Shown piece by piece: positions 1-11,696 of a stretch of DNA of 64,000 bases. Origin of the DNA: an uncultured Verrucomicrobiae bacterium (lineage in GTDB: Bacteria > Verrucomicrobiota > Verrucomicrobiia > Chthoniobacterales > UBA10450); the NCBI GenBank assembly GCA_963815455.1, contig CAWFGO010000003.1:224001-288000 (forward strand). Reading direction: 5' to 3'. The number at the start of each line of letters is the position of its first letter. Positions within the stretch are counted from its first letter, which is position 1. The notes below the pieces were generated by a model, which searched no databases, was not told where the DNA came from, and was given only the letters and a program-made list of their open reading frames with translations. The translations under genes were made by a program, and so were the position numbers.

Positions 1-72
1 GCGTGGGCGAGCCGATTTTGTTCGTGGGCTCGTTGCGAAATATTCGAGAGCTGCTTTGCGCGAAAAAGACAT
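1..72 (-). CDS. holB: DNA polymerase III delta' subunit, 5' end (runs off window)
   Basis: ATG at 72 directly after the tmk stop; reads MSFSRKAALEY and, with a 1-nt shift, LQRAHEQNRLAHA, the typical HolB N-terminus; tmk-holB order is conserved. Confidence 0.7.
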   Translation of the reverse strand, partial: MSFSRKAALEYFATSPRTKSARPR

Positions 73-738
73 TCAGAGGTTCGATGTTTGATGTTTGATG
101 TTCGATGTCAAAGATGGAAAGCCCGCGCCAAGCACATCCCAGATTTCGTTCTCGATTTTTTCGGGCGTTTGCGCGCCGTCGATGAGGACGATTCGTTTCG
201 GTTCACGCTTCGCCAGGTCTCGATAGGCTTCGCGAACTCGTTCGTAAAACTCGGCTGGCTGCTGTTCCATTCGGTCGGGCCGGCGCGGTGCTTTCATCCG
301 TGATCGAGCCGTCGCAGCATCGACATCGAGCACGAAAGTGATGTCCGGGAGACAATCGCCGACGGCGAACGCATTGAGTTGGGCGACAATTTGTCGATCC
401 AATTTGCGCGCCGCGCCCTGATAAACAGTGGTTGAATCAAAAAAACGATCGGCGATTACACAAACGCCGCGCTCGAGCGCCGGCTTGATGATTTCCCGAA
501 CGAGCTGACTCCGGCTCGCCTCGAACAAGAGCAGCTCGGTTGCCGGCGTCATGCTCGCATTGTGCGGCGCGAACTGGAGAAGGTCGCGAATCGTTTCACC
601 AATCGGCGTGCCGCCCGGTTCGCGGGTTACCAGAAATGGAACTCCCGATTTCTCGAGCCGCTCTGCCAACAGCTTCACCTGGGTCGATTTTCCGCAACCC
701 TCCGATCCTTCGAACGTGATGAATGGCAGACGCGGCAT
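73..738 (-). CDS. tmk: Thymidylate (dTMP) kinase
   Basis: FITFEGSEGCGKSTQ P-loop, TREPGGT, DRFFDSTTVYQG motifs. Confidence 0.97.
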   Translation of the reverse strand: MPRLPFITFEGSEGCGKSTQVKLLAERLEKSGVPFLVTREPGGTPIGETIRDLLQFAPHNASMTPATELLLFEASRSQLVREIIKPALERGVCVIADRFFDSTTVYQGAARKLDRQIVAQLNAFAVGDCLPDITFVLDVDAATARSRMKAPRRPDRMEQQPAEFYERVREAYRDLAKREPKRIVLIDGAQTPEKIENEIWDVLGAGFPSLTSNIKHQTSNL

Positions 739-828
739 GATGTCGATCTTCAAACAAAGCGGGGAGATTGCAAGGAAGTGCGGTACAGGTGCCGATAGCG
801 CGACGAACGAAAGCCCGCATATCATGCC

Positions 829-959
829 TGTCATCCTGAGCAAAGCGAAGGAACCCGCGAGTAGGGATAACATTCTTGAGCAGTCGTGCGACCATGCTTT
901 CAGGGTAGCTCGATCGGTGAAATGCGACCGTGAGGTCCCTCGCTACGCTCGGGATGACA
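829..959. repeat. GTCAT-type palindromic intergenic repeat (TGTCATCCTGAG...CTCGGGATGACA), copy 1
   Basis: Inverted ends; related copies at 7319, 15851, 17850, 20421, 49851, 53984. Confidence 0.85.
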
Positions 960-1043
960 GAGATTGATGCGCGCATATGGCCCCCACTTGGTTATTGATG
1001 ATTAGTTATTCCCTGGGTATTGGAGTTTGGGATTTGGAAACTT

Positions 1044-1484
1044 ATGAAATCATTCTGGCTGGTGAAACAGGAACCGGGCGCTTACTCGTGGGCGGATTTT
1101 GTGGCTGACGGCAAGACAGCCTGGACCGGTGTGCGTAATTACACGGCGCGAAACAATCTGCGCAAGATGGAAAAAGGCGACGAAGTCTTCTTTTATCACA
1201 GCGGCGGTCCGAGCCGGACTGGCAGTAGTGTCGAAGCAACCAAAGCGATCGTCGGCATCGCGAAGGTTGTGAAAACGGCTTACGCCGATCCAACCGCGAA
1301 GGAAGGCGATTGGAGCGCTGTCGATCTTGCGCCCGTCGAAGCGCTGCGCCGGCCGGTCACGTTGGGTGAGATCAAGGGCAACGCGCGACTCAAGAACATG
1401 CCGCTCATTCGGCAATCCCGGTTGTCCGTGATGCCGGTGAGCGCCGACGAATTTCGAACGATCGTGAAGATGGGGTCAGCGTAG
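1044..1484 (+). CDS. EVE domain protein
   Basis: WLVKQEP, WTGVRNYTARNNLR, FFYHS, RQSRLSVMPV motifs; extra segment GPSRTGSSVEAT after FYHSG. Confidence 0.93.
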   Translation: MKSFWLVKQEPGAYSWADFVADGKTAWTGVRNYTARNNLRKMEKGDEVFFYHSGGPSRTGSSVEATKAIVGIAKVVKTAYADPTAKEGDWSAVDLAPVEALRRPVTLGEIKGNARLKNMPLIRQSRLSVMPVSADEFRTIVKMGSA

Positions 1485-1568
1485 GTGGATCGGCCTCTCC
1501 GAGGGCGATGTTAAACGAATGCGCCTTCGGCGCCCAATTACCAACGCGCTCGGAGATCGCGTTCCACC
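1484..1568. repeat. REPIN (GGTGG-hairpin ... hairpin-CCACC) left of the RAYT
   Basis: GGTGGATCGGCCTCTCCGAGGGCGAT ... AACGCGCTCGGAGATCGCGTTCCACC with central GCGCCTTCGGCGC hairpin. Confidence 0.85.
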
Positions 1569-1621
1569 ACAGATGATCGGCGTCCCCCGCATTACTTGAC
1601 AGCAAGTGGTAACATCGGCCG

Positions 1622-2107
1622 GTGAAAAGCTATCGCGGTTTTCCAGAGCGCTTGCATCACGAAGTGCCCCCATGGATCGAGCCGGAAGCGCTGTTTCACA
1701 TTCGGATCGCGCTGGATCGACAACTGAATCAGCGTGAATTGAGTGACCCGATTCTAGGCCAGGCAATTCTTGATTCTGCCCGATTCTATGAGCGGACCCA
1801 GCACTGGCACCGCGCGCTGCTCGTCTTGATGCCCGATCATTTGCACGCACTGGTAGCATTCGCCCGCGAGAAATCGATGAGCGAGATCATTAGTCATTGG
1901 AAACGCTTTCACACTCGGAGGAATCGGGTCGAATGGCAGGAAGGATATTTCGATCATCGTTTGCGGGCTGATGAGCATGGCCAGCAGTTCGCGGCAAAGG
2001 TCAATTACATCCGGCGAAATCCGGTTATCGCTGGACTGTGCGAACGGGTCGAAGGATCTGGCCCTGGATTATCGATAAGTCTCAAGAAACCGAGTGATGC
2101 AGGCTAA
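1622..2107 (+). mobile_element. REP-associated tyrosine transposase (RAYT, HUH/Y1 family)
   Basis: MPDHLHALV (HUH), WQEGYFDHRLR, YIRRNPVIAGL; probable frameshift near 2053 (EDWPW-like end); flanked by REPINs. Confidence 0.92.
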
Positions 2108-2205
2108 GATCGGCCTCTGCAATATGCCAGTCCGGCTCGGACCGATGTTAAACAAATGCGCCTTCGGCGCCAAATTGCCAACGCGCTCGGAGATCGCGTT
2201 CCACC
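2108..2205. repeat. REPIN right of the RAYT; left arm disrupted by the 20-mer element
   Basis: Direct, near-identical copy of 1488-1568 apart from the inserted segment. Confidence 0.85.
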
Positions 2206-2270
2206 ACTCCGCTGATGGCGGAGCGCAGGCTTGCGACGGTCATCGACTCGCCGCTACAAAGGAGGGCACA

Positions 2271-3097
2271 ATGGAATCGGCAGCAGCAATGGAATTCTTG
2301 CCGGGGGTGGCAGCGCAGCCAGCGTCCCCCGCGATATCTTGGTCGTTTCGCTGCACGACGTCGCTCCTTCCAGTCGCGAGCCCGTGGCGGAAAAAATGAT
2401 AGCCGATCTGTCCCGGCTTGCGGTGTGCGGCTCTGTTCGCTGCTGGTCGTGCCGGATTATCATCATCAAGGTCTCGTCCACGAAGGATCGACAATTCGTT
2501 TCCTGGCTGCGCGAACTGGAAGCGCGCCGGACATGAAATCGTCATTCATGGATATTTTCACGAGCGCCAGCGCCGCGAAAACGAAACGGTGCGTGACAAA
2601 TTTCTTACCCGGATCTACACCGAGGACGAAGGCGAGTTTTACGATCTCGATTACGACGAAGCCTTTCGACGAATCACCGTGCGCGCGAAATGAATTTCGC
2701 GAGAGCGGTTTGAAGCCGATGGATTCGTCGCGCCGGCCTGGCTGCTGGGCGCCGAAGGCCGAACGCGCCGCGCGCGACGCTGAAATGGAATACACAACCC
2801 GGCTGCGCACGATGCGCGATCTGCGTTCAGGCGAAAGTTTTCGCGCCCGATCGATTGTTTACAGCGTCCGGAACAATTGGCGACGCGCCAGGTCAGCCGC
2901 GGCCTGGAACGCCGACGCTGTCCCGGCTGTTGAAGAACAATCCGCTCTTGCGCATAAGCGTTCATCCGCCCGATTATTCGCATCCGGCCATTTGGGGACA
3001 GATTGTCGATCTTGTCACCGAGCAAGCAGGCGAATCGCGAATGGCCACGACCTATCAGGACTGGGTCAGCCGAACAGAGACTGCGGCGACGACTTAA
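2271..3097 (+). CDS. Polysaccharide deacetylase-like protein (DUF2334), frameshifted
   Basis: GGAGG RBS; VVSLHDVAP, HEIVIHGYFH, EGEFYDL, LRISVHPPD spread over several frames. Confidence 0.75.
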
Positions 3098-3101
3098 GCC
3101 C

Positions 3102-5510
3102 ATGAGTAAGTGCGACCTGCATATTCACTCGCGCTACAGCGCGCGGTCGGAGGAATGGCTTTTCCGGCGGTTCGATTTCCCCGATAGCTACTCGGATCCG
3201 CGGAGCTGCATCGGCAATTGATCGAGCGCGGGATGGATTACGTCACGATCACCGACCACGACACGATCGAGGGCTGTCTCCAAATCGCGGATCTGCCTAA
3301 TACGTTCATTAGTGAGCAGGTTACGACGTATTTCCCGCAGGATCCGTGCAAGATTCATCTCCTGGTCTGGGGGATCACCGAGGCTCAGCACGCCGATATC
3401 GTGATTGTCCGCGACAACATTTTCGCTCTCCAACGCTACCTCCAGGCGGGCCAAATCGCCCACGCCGTGGCCCACCCGCTTTACAGCATCAACGGCAAGC
3501 TGGACGCATCGCATCTCGAACGGCTGATTCTGCTCTTCAAGCATTTCGAAGGAATCAACGGGCTGCGCGACGCCCTCCTGAGCGAGCTTGCCCAGAAGCT
3601 TTTCGGTTCGCTTACGCCGGAGAAGATCGACAAGGTTCGCCGACGAAACATGATCTCGCTCCGACCCACCCCGAGCCGTGGAAGAAGATCTTCGTCGGCG
3701 GCTCCGACGATCACGGCGGCAAGTTCATCGCTTCAGCGTTCACCGAAACGCCGGCTGCCGATTCGGCGCGGAAATTTCCTCGAACACGTTCGCGCCGGCA
3801 ATTGCACAGCGCGCGGCAAGGGCGGAACTCCCCTCGCCCTTTCCCACGGCTTTTACAACACGCTTGCTTGTTTCATTCAGGACCGGTTCCACGAAAAACT
3901 GGGACCGAGCGCCGGCTCTGGTCGAGCAAATGTTCTCGCGGTTCATGGAAGGGCGCGACCCGACCGAGTTTACGCTGGCGGAAAAAGCAAACTTCATCGC
4001 CCAAGGCGTTCTCTCGGGAAAAATCTTCGAACTGGCCAAGCCGGCAAATGTTTCGCTTTGGAAAGAGCTTTCCGGTTATTTCGCGCGTCCCGAAGTAAAA
4101 GCGAAGCTGGCCGAGCGATTGGACGCCGTGAGCGAGCCGGAGCGGCGCACGTTTCTCATGGCGAACATGGTGGCCGAGCAGCTCGCGTTTCGATTTTTCC
4201 AGAAATTCGTTCAGCAACTCAGCAGCGGCAACATGTCGAAGGCATGCAAGCGCTCAGCGCGATCGCGCCGATCCTGGTGATCCTTGACGCCTTACATTTA
4301 CGGATTTCACAGCCAGGCGCCGTCGCGGAAATGGCTGCGCGGAATTTTCAAGGAACTGACCGGCGAAATTCCGGCCGCGCTGCAAAATCAAAAGCGGGCC
4401 TGGTTCACCGACACGCTCGACGACGTCAACGGGGTCGCGACAACCATTCGCAAAATGGCCGCTGCCGGCGCGGCCGCGGGAAAGGAATTGATCGTGGTCG
4501 TCTCGCGCAACGAATTGCAAACGGACAACATTCCGATCAAGAATTTCAAACCGATCGGCGAATTCGAGCTGCCGGAATACGAACTGCAAAAGCTCAGTTT
4601 CCCGCCGATCCTCCAAATCCTCGATTACATCCAGCGGGAAAAGTTCACCGAGATCATCATCAGCACGCCCGGGCCGGTCGGGCTTGACCGCGCTGCTCGC
4701 GGCCAAAATGCTCAATCTGCAAACCAGCGGCATTTATCACACCGATTTCCCGCAATACATTCGCATTCTGACCGAGGACAGTTTTCTGGAAAGCGTGGCC
4801 TGGCGTTACATGCACTGGTTCTACGGCCAGCTCGATACCGTCTTCGTAAACTCGGAGGAATATCGCCAAAGCTGGATCAAACGCGGCCTCGATCCGGAAA
4901 AGTTGAAATTTTCCCGCGCGGCCTCGACACCGAACTTTTCCATCCGGCCCGACGCGATCCGGCGTTTTTCGAAAAATTCGGCGCGCAGAACGGCGAGGTC
5001 CGCCTGCTCTACGTCGGCCGCGTTTCGCGTGAGAAAGATCTCGATCTTCTAGCCACCGCTTATCCGACGTCTGCGCGACGAAGGATTGCCGATCGCAACT
5101 TTTTATCGTTGGTCACGGCCCCTATTCGGAGGAACTGGCCAAATCGTTGCCGGAAGCGTTTTTCACCGGCTATCTCACCGGAAAGGATCTGGCCGCGGCC
5201 TACGCTTCGGCCGACATTTTTGTTTTCCCGAGCACGACCGACACTTTTGGCAACGTGATCATCGAAGCGCAGGCCTCGGGGATGCCAGTGATCGTTTCCG
5301 ATGCCGGCGGCCCAAAAGAACTGGTGCATGACAACGAGAACGGCCTCATCACCAAATCGCACGATGCCGACGATCTCGCGCGCGCGATTCGATGCGCTGG
5401 TTGTCGATCCCGCATTGCGCCAGCGAATGGCCAATCGCGCCCGGGAAAGCGTCATCGATCGCACCTGGCCGGCCGCGTTCCGCAAATTTTGGTCGATCAC
5501 CGAAGTTTAG
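3102..5510 (+). CDS. PHP-domain / GT4 glycosyltransferase fusion, frameshifted
   Basis: DLHIHS, ITDHD, GGSDDH (PHP); FTDTLDDVNGVA, YHTDFP, YVGRVSREK, FPSTTDTFGNVIIEAQASG (GT4). Confidence 0.85.
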
Positions 5511-5511
5511 A

Positions 5512-6453
5512 TCAACCCTGCATCGGCGGAGGAATCGGCGGTGGCTGAGACACTGGCTCCGCCTGCGGTATTGCCTGCCACACGTCGTAGTCCGGACCGA
5601 ACTGCCGGAAAAAGCATAATCCAAATGCGCGCAAGCAAACACAGATCGGCAATAGAATGACTGTGCCGACGTACGGGATTGCAGCCAGACAACACGTGAT
5701 GCAAGTCGCGATTGCGCCGATCACGGTCATGGCCAGAAGCAAAACAAACGCGAACAGGCAAAACAGAACAAATACGCCCACGTTGCTGCTGACCAGGCGC
5801 AGCACCTGGCGAAACGCTTCGACCGCGAGACACTTTTGCCGGTACATCACGAACGGCATGAAATACGTCACCAGACTGATGCCGATTGCCAGGGCAATCC
5901 AAAACAGGAAAAGAAAAATCAAGAGAGCGATCAGTCCAGGTCCAATCGATTCGGCATGTCCATGAGACAGCAAGCCCAAGGCTGCGGCGACGGCGCAAAG
6001 CAATCCAAATAGGAAAATCGAGCAGAACATCAACGCCAGCTGGAAGAGGAAATAGCTGTTTCCTTCCTTGCGATACTCACGCCATGGCGCGGCGATCGCG
6101 CCGCGATTTCGAACTATGCAGTCCGTGAAAATAAAATTCCCGCGCGCCTTTACCCAGGTCAGCACCAAAACCAACGCCAAAACCACAACCACGAATACCG
6201 GGATGATGATTGGCAGCCACGGCTTCCACTGGTCGAAATTCGGCGGACTGATGCTCTGGCTGGTCGCAGTACGTCCGCCCCAGTTAGAAGGAAACCCGAC
6301 TCCGCCACCGCCGAAATGCCCGGCTAGAAAAGCGGCAAACCCGATGACGAACCATTTCTTAATGTCGAAGGGCTGAAAAAGAATTTTCTTCATCAGCTCA
6401 AAGGCTTCGCCAAAGGGGCGGAAGATTTCGATTTTCGATTCGGTTCCGTTCAT
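5512..6453 (-). CDS. Multi-pass membrane protein of unknown function
   Basis: 313 aa ORF with several hydrophobic helices and a Pro-rich tail. Confidence 0.75.
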   Translation of the reverse strand: MNGTESKIEIFRPFGEAFELMKKILFQPFDIKKWFVIGFAAFLAGHFGGGGVGFPSNWGGRTATSQSISPPNFDQWKPWLPIIIPVFVVVVLALVLVLTWVKARGNFIFTDCIVRNRGAIAAPWREYRKEGNSYFLFQLALMFCSIFLFGLLCAVAAALGLLSHGHAESIGPGLIALLIFLFLFWIALAIGISLVTYFMPFVMYRQKCLAVEAFRQVLRLVSSNVGVFVLFCLFAFVLLLAMTVIGAIATCITCCLAAIPYVGTVILLPICVCLRAFGLCFFRQFGPDYDVWQAIPQAEPVSQPPPIPPPMQG

Positions 6454-6499
6454 GTGCGCATTTCACTGCTTCCGCATACGCCAATCAAGCACGCAATGT

Positions 6500-6559
6500 T
6501 GTAGCCGCCCCGCTCTATCGGGGCGCCTAAAGGCACGGCGGCAGAGCGCCGTGGCTACA
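6500..6559. repeat. GTAG-type REP doublet
   Basis: TGTAG-hairpin ... hairpin-CTACA; related copies near 33604, 52587, 57666. Confidence 0.7.
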
Positions 6560-6565
6560 TCGATC

Positions 6566-7204
6566 CTAACCGGTGCCGAAATAGCGGTCGCCCGCGTCGC
6601 CCAGGCCGGGAACAATATAGCCGGATTTATCCAGTTCGGGATCGACGGCGGCGGTAAAGATCGCCACGTCCGGATGCGACGATTGCAGTTGGTCGATGCC
6701 CGGCTGACACGCAACCAGACAAATAAACTGAATCCATTTCGCGCCCTTTGCTTTCAACGCCGTGACTGCTTCGCAAGCGCTGTTGCCGGTTGCCAGCATG
6801 GGATCGAGCAGAACGACCTGCGCTTCGCTCAAGTTGGCCGGCAATCGGCAGAAATACGTCACAGGGCGCAGCGTTTTCTCATCACGATAAATGCCGATGT
6901 GTCCAACGTTCGCCTCCGGAACAATGCGCATCATTCCTTCGAGCATGCCAAGACCGGCCCGCAAAATCGGCACCAGAGCGATTGGTCTCGATAGAAAGTA
7001 ACCCGCGCATTTTTTCAGCGGCGTTTCAATTTCGATCGGCGACACTGACCAGGTGCGGGAAGCTTCGCCCAGCAACAAGATCGAGATCTCCTGCACGTTC
7101 TGGCGGAATTGTTCCGGCGTGGTCGCCTTGGCCCGCAAGATCGACAGCTTCGCTGCGCCGACCGGATGGTCGATCACGCTTACTGCTCCGTTATTTCGCT
7201 CCAT
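6566..7204 (-). CDS. upp: Uracil phosphoribosyltransferase
   Basis: VPILRAGLGM, LDPMLATGNS, YIVPGLGDAGDRYFGT. Confidence 0.97.
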   Translation of the reverse strand: MERNNGAVSVIDHPVGAAKLSILRAKATTPEQFRQNVQEISILLLGEASRTWSVSPIEIETPLKKCAGYFLSRPIALVPILRAGLGMLEGMMRIVPEANVGHIGIYRDEKTLRPVTYFCRLPANLSEAQVVLLDPMLATGNSACEAVTALKAKGAKWIQFICLVACQPGIDQLQSSHPDVAIFTAAVDPELDKSGYIVPGLGDAGDRYFGTG

Positions 7205-7318
7205 ATTGTAGCCGAGGGTACTGACGCCGGCCGAACCCGATTTAGCAGAACGAAGAAACAGAGCACAGACAAAATGCCCGGGGCTTAGCGAGCGCCGGTT
7301 AGAAACGCACAAGTCCAC

Positions 7319-7475
7319 TGTCATTCTGAGCCAAGCAGAGCGGAGTCGCCTGCCACGCCGAAGCCTTTGGCGAAGGCGGGAAGAATCCCGTGGTAGAACT
7401 CCTAGGTAACGTGACGGGATCCCTCCCGCCTTCGCATTGAGCTACGGCGCGGCAGGCGACTTCGCTCGGGATAAC
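7319..7475. repeat. GTCAT-type palindrome, copy 2, with a 32-bp element in each arm
   Basis: Inserts at 7349-7380 and 7425-7456. Confidence 0.8.
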
Positions 7476-7508
7476 CGGTGGATAGTTGTCTAGTCAACAT
7501 CCATCGCC

Positions 7509-9454
7509 ATGTTGAGGAATCACGTGAACAACCTGGCGAAACGCAAATATCCCATCGGAGCCGAATTGATCGGGCCGGGCGAAACGCATTTTCGCGTTTG
7601 GGCGCCAAAGGCGGAACGGGTCGATCTTGTTTTGGAAGCAAGTGCATCCAAGGAAGCGAAGCGCACGTTTCATCCGTTGCAGCCTGAGCAAGGCGGATAT
7701 TTTTCCGGCTCAGCCAATGTTGTCGCCGGCGGCGGCTATAGGTTTCGCGTTGACGACGCGAAACATTATTCATCCCGATCCCGCGTCTCGCTTTCAGCCT
7801 GATGGGCCGCACGGTTCGTCGTGCGTTGTTGATCCCGCGCATTTCCAATGGACCGATGCAAAATGGCATGGCCTAAAACTTAAGGGCCAGGTCATCTACG
7901 AAATGCACGTCGGCACATTCACAACGGAAGGCACATGGCGGGCCGCTGCGGAACAGCTACCAGAGCTGGCTCGCATCGGGATCACCGTGATTGAAATGAT
8001 GCCGATCGCGGATTTCCCGGGAAATTTCGGCTGGGGTTATGACGGGGTCGATCTTTTCGCGCCGACGCGGTTGTATGGAAGGCCCGAACGATTTGCGGGC
8101 CTTTATCGACCGGGCGCACGCGCTGAATCTCAGGTGTGATTCTTGATGTCGTGTACAACCACTTCGGCCCAGACGGAAACTATCTACATGTCTACTCCGA
8201 CAATTATCTGCGGCATGGAAAGACAACCGATTGGGGCGACTCCATCAACTTCGACGGCCCGAACTCGGGACCAGTGCGAGAATTTTTTATCACCAACGGG
8301 CGTTACTGGATTGAGGAGTTTCATTTTGATGGATTTCGCTTTGATGCCACGGAAAGCATTCATGACGACTCGGAAGAGCACATCCTCGCGACTGTTGCCC
8401 AGACCGCGCGTAGTGCAGCGGGCGACCGTTCGATCATTCTGGTGGCCGAAAACGAACGGCAGGACATCAAATTGATCCGGCCGCGGAGCGAAGGTGGCTA
8501 CGATCTGGATGGCGTCTGGAATGATGATTTTCATCACAGCGCGAGCGTCGCGCTGGTGGGTCAGCGCGGAGCGTATTATACAGATTACCTCGGTGCGCCG
8601 CAGGAATTTATTTCCGCGGCCAAGCACGGTTATCTTTTTCAAGGACAAGCGTATTCCTGGCAGGAAGCGCCCCGCGGGAGCCTGGCTTTTGGCGCGCCGC
8701 CGGAAGCGTTCATCGCCTTTATCGAAAATCACGATCAAGTTTCCAATGCCGCCGGGGGCCAACGCATCCGATTAGAAACTTCTCCCGGCCGTTATCGCGC
8801 CATGAGTGCTTTGCTCCTGCTCGGTCCGTGGACGCCGCTTCTCTTTCAAGGCCAGGAATTCGGATCCTCGAAGCCGTTCCTTTTTTTCAGCGACGTCGGC
8901 GATGAGAGCATTCGGGAAGCGATTCGCAAAGGCCGTTTCGCATTTCCTGGCCCAATTTCCTTCGCTGGCAACCCCGGACGCGCAAAAACAACTGCCGCGA
9001 CCTTCAGATCCGGCTACCTTTGCCCGGTGCAAGCTGGATGTTTCGGAGCGCGCTAAAAACAAACCAGATCTACGATCTCCATGTCGACCTGATAAAATTA
9101 CGCCACGAGGACGCGCGTTTTCGCGAACAAATCGTCGGTGGCGTGGATGGCGCTGTGTTGGGGGCAAGGAGCTTTGTGTTTCGCTATTTTTCGGATGGAA
9201 ATGACGATCGTTTGTTGCTTGTTAATCTAGGCAAGCCTCAATTGCTCAAGCCCATGCCGGAACCACTTCTTGCCGCCCCGCCTGGGTTTGAATGGGCCAC
9301 GCTTTGGTCGAGTGATTCCGAGCAGTATGGCGGACCAGGAGAGAACCAGGTCGCAAACCAAAATGACAGTTGGGTGTTGCCCGGCGAAGCGACCGTCGCG
9401 CTGAGACTTGTTCCGCGAGAAAACTCCGCGCCGGCCGCCAAAGTGGCGCGATAG
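7509..9454 (+). CDS. treZ: Malto-oligosyltrehalose trehalohydrolase (GH13), frameshifted
   Basis: FRVWAP, YEMHVGTFT, WGYDGV, DVVYNHFGPDGNYL, DGFRFDA, ENHDQV, LFQGQEF. Confidence 0.92.
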
Positions 9455-9466
9455 AACATCCGGATC

Positions 9467-11552
9467 GTGCACAATTGGACGAACAAAAAGGGTGAGATCG
9501 GTGGAGTCGTCGTGCGTACGATGCCGTGGGACGGCGCCCAAATGTCGCGCGAGCTTCTGCTCCATCGTGAGTGGATCGTGACAAACGGCCTTGGCGGTTA
9601 TGCGTCCGGCACCGTTTCGGGCGCGATCACGCGGCGTTATCATGGGTTGCTCATCGCGGCTTTGCCCGCACCACATGGCCGCATTGTCATGTGGAGCCAC
9701 GTCTCGGAGTTTCTGCGCTTCGGCGACAAGGATGTCATTTCGTTAGGCGGAGAAGAACGGGCCGGTGGCCGGCTGGATTTACAAGGCGCCGATTACTTGC
9801 ATGAGTTTCGACTCGAAGATGGTCTCCCCGTCTGGACTTATCACGTGCGCGATCTCGTTCTGGAGAAGCGAGTGTTGCTTCCGCATTTGCAGAACACGGT
9901 CCATATCAATTACCGAATTCTTCAAGGCACGGAGCGTCCGCGCCTGGAGTTACGACCCGCGTTTCATTTTCGACATCACGAAACGCCGGTGAACGAAGGC
10001 CCCACCGCTCCCTACAAACTAGCCGCTGTCGAAGGCCGATATGAAATCACTTCGTCCCGCGGCCGTCTTCCCCCGTTGCGGATGAAACTTTATGACTGCG
10101 AATCGGCTTTTACCATCGCCGCCGCCAATATTCACCAGGTCATCTACCGCACCGAACAGAGCCGCGGGTACGCCCACGAAGGCAACTTGTGGAGCCCGGG
10201 CTATTTCCATGTCGATCTTCGCGAGCATCGATCGCGCCACCCTGGTCGGTTCGACCGAGAAATGGGACATCATCGAAGTGCTCGGACCGGAAGCGGCCCT
10301 GGGTCTGGAACGGGAACGCCGCGCCCGCTTGTTGCAAAATGCCATGCCCGAAATACGCGAAGGGTTTGCTGCCGAATTGGTTTTTGCAGCCGATCAGTTC
10401 ATCATTACTCCAGCGGGCCGGTTTGAAGAAGCGGCGCGCGCCCACGCCGCCGGAGACGAGGTGCGCACCGTCATAGCCGGTTATCACTGGTTCACCGATT
10501 GGGGACGCGACACGATGATCAGTCTCGAAGGTCTGGCCCTGATCACCGGGCGCTCACTCGAAGCGGGGTATATCCTGAGAACTTTCGCCGATTATGTCCG
10601 TGACGGATTGATCCCAAACATGTTTCCGGACCGCGAGACAGAAGGCCTTTATAATACAGCCGACGCGACCCTTTGGTTTTTCCATGCCTTGTATCGTTAT
10701 CTGGAACGCACCCAGGATTGGACAACGCTCAAGCTTTTGCTGCCGACTTTGATCGACATCGTCGAACATCACCTGCGGGGCACAAAGTTTAATATTCATG
10801 TCGATCCTGTGGATGGATTGCTGGTGCAAGGCCAGGACGGCTATCAACTCACCTGGATGGATGCGAAGACGGGCGACTGGGTCGTCACGCCCCGCCGTGG
10901 CAAAGCCGTCGAGATCAACGCGCTTTGGTACAATGCACTCGCTTTACTCTCAGGATGGCTGCGGCGAATGGATGAATCCGCCGCGGCCGAGCGCTACGAC
11001 GAACATGCTAAACGCGCGCGCGATTCATTCAACCAGCGCTTCTGGTTCGCCGAGGGCGGCTACCTCTACGACGTCGTCGATTGCAATGGCCAACCGGGAA
11101 CTTACGATGTCTCCTGTCGCCCAAACCAGATTTTCGCGATCTCCCTCGATCATCCCGTTCTCGATAAAGAGCGCTGGAGCGCCGTTGTCGATCTTGTCCA
11201 GAGAAAGCTGCTTACACCGGTTGGGCTTCGATCGCTCTCGCCGGACGATCCCGAATACAAACCAGTCTATGGCGGCGATCTGCGGGCCCGCGACGGCGCC
11301 TATCATCAAGGCACAGTCTGGGCCTGGCTCATTGGCCCATTTATCGACGCCTGGATGAAAGTTCACCCGGACGACAAGAAGAGCGCGCGGAAATTCCTTG
11401 AGGTCTTCCCCGTTCACCTCAGTGACAACGGGATCGGCACGATCGGTGAAGTATTCGACGCCCGCGAGCCGCACATGTCTGGCGGCTGCATCGCGCAAGC
11501 GTGGAGCGTGGCGGAGGTGCTGCGTTCCTGGGTAAAGACGGCGGAGCAATGA
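9467..11552 (+). CDS. Glycogen debranching enzyme (amylo-alpha-1,6-glucosidase), frameshift near 10225
   Basis: EWIVTNGLGGYASG, IAGYHWFTDWGRDTMISLEG, LTWMDAK, YHQGTVW, AQAWSVAE. Confidence 0.92.
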
Positions 11553-11640
11553 CGAAGCGCGAATGCCCAATGACGAAATAATGACAAAGCGCGGACTTTT
11601 CTCCAAATTGACATTCGTGCTTCCTTCGTAATTCGTCATT
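11548..11640. repeat. Inverted heptamer-array element (AATGACG type)
   Basis: AATGACGAA units facing TTCGTCATT units; similar element at 48707-48818. Confidence 0.65.
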
Positions 11641-11696
11641 TGGCTCAAGAACTGCATGGCAAGGCACAGCGTTTTGAAGAAATTCACAGCAACCTA

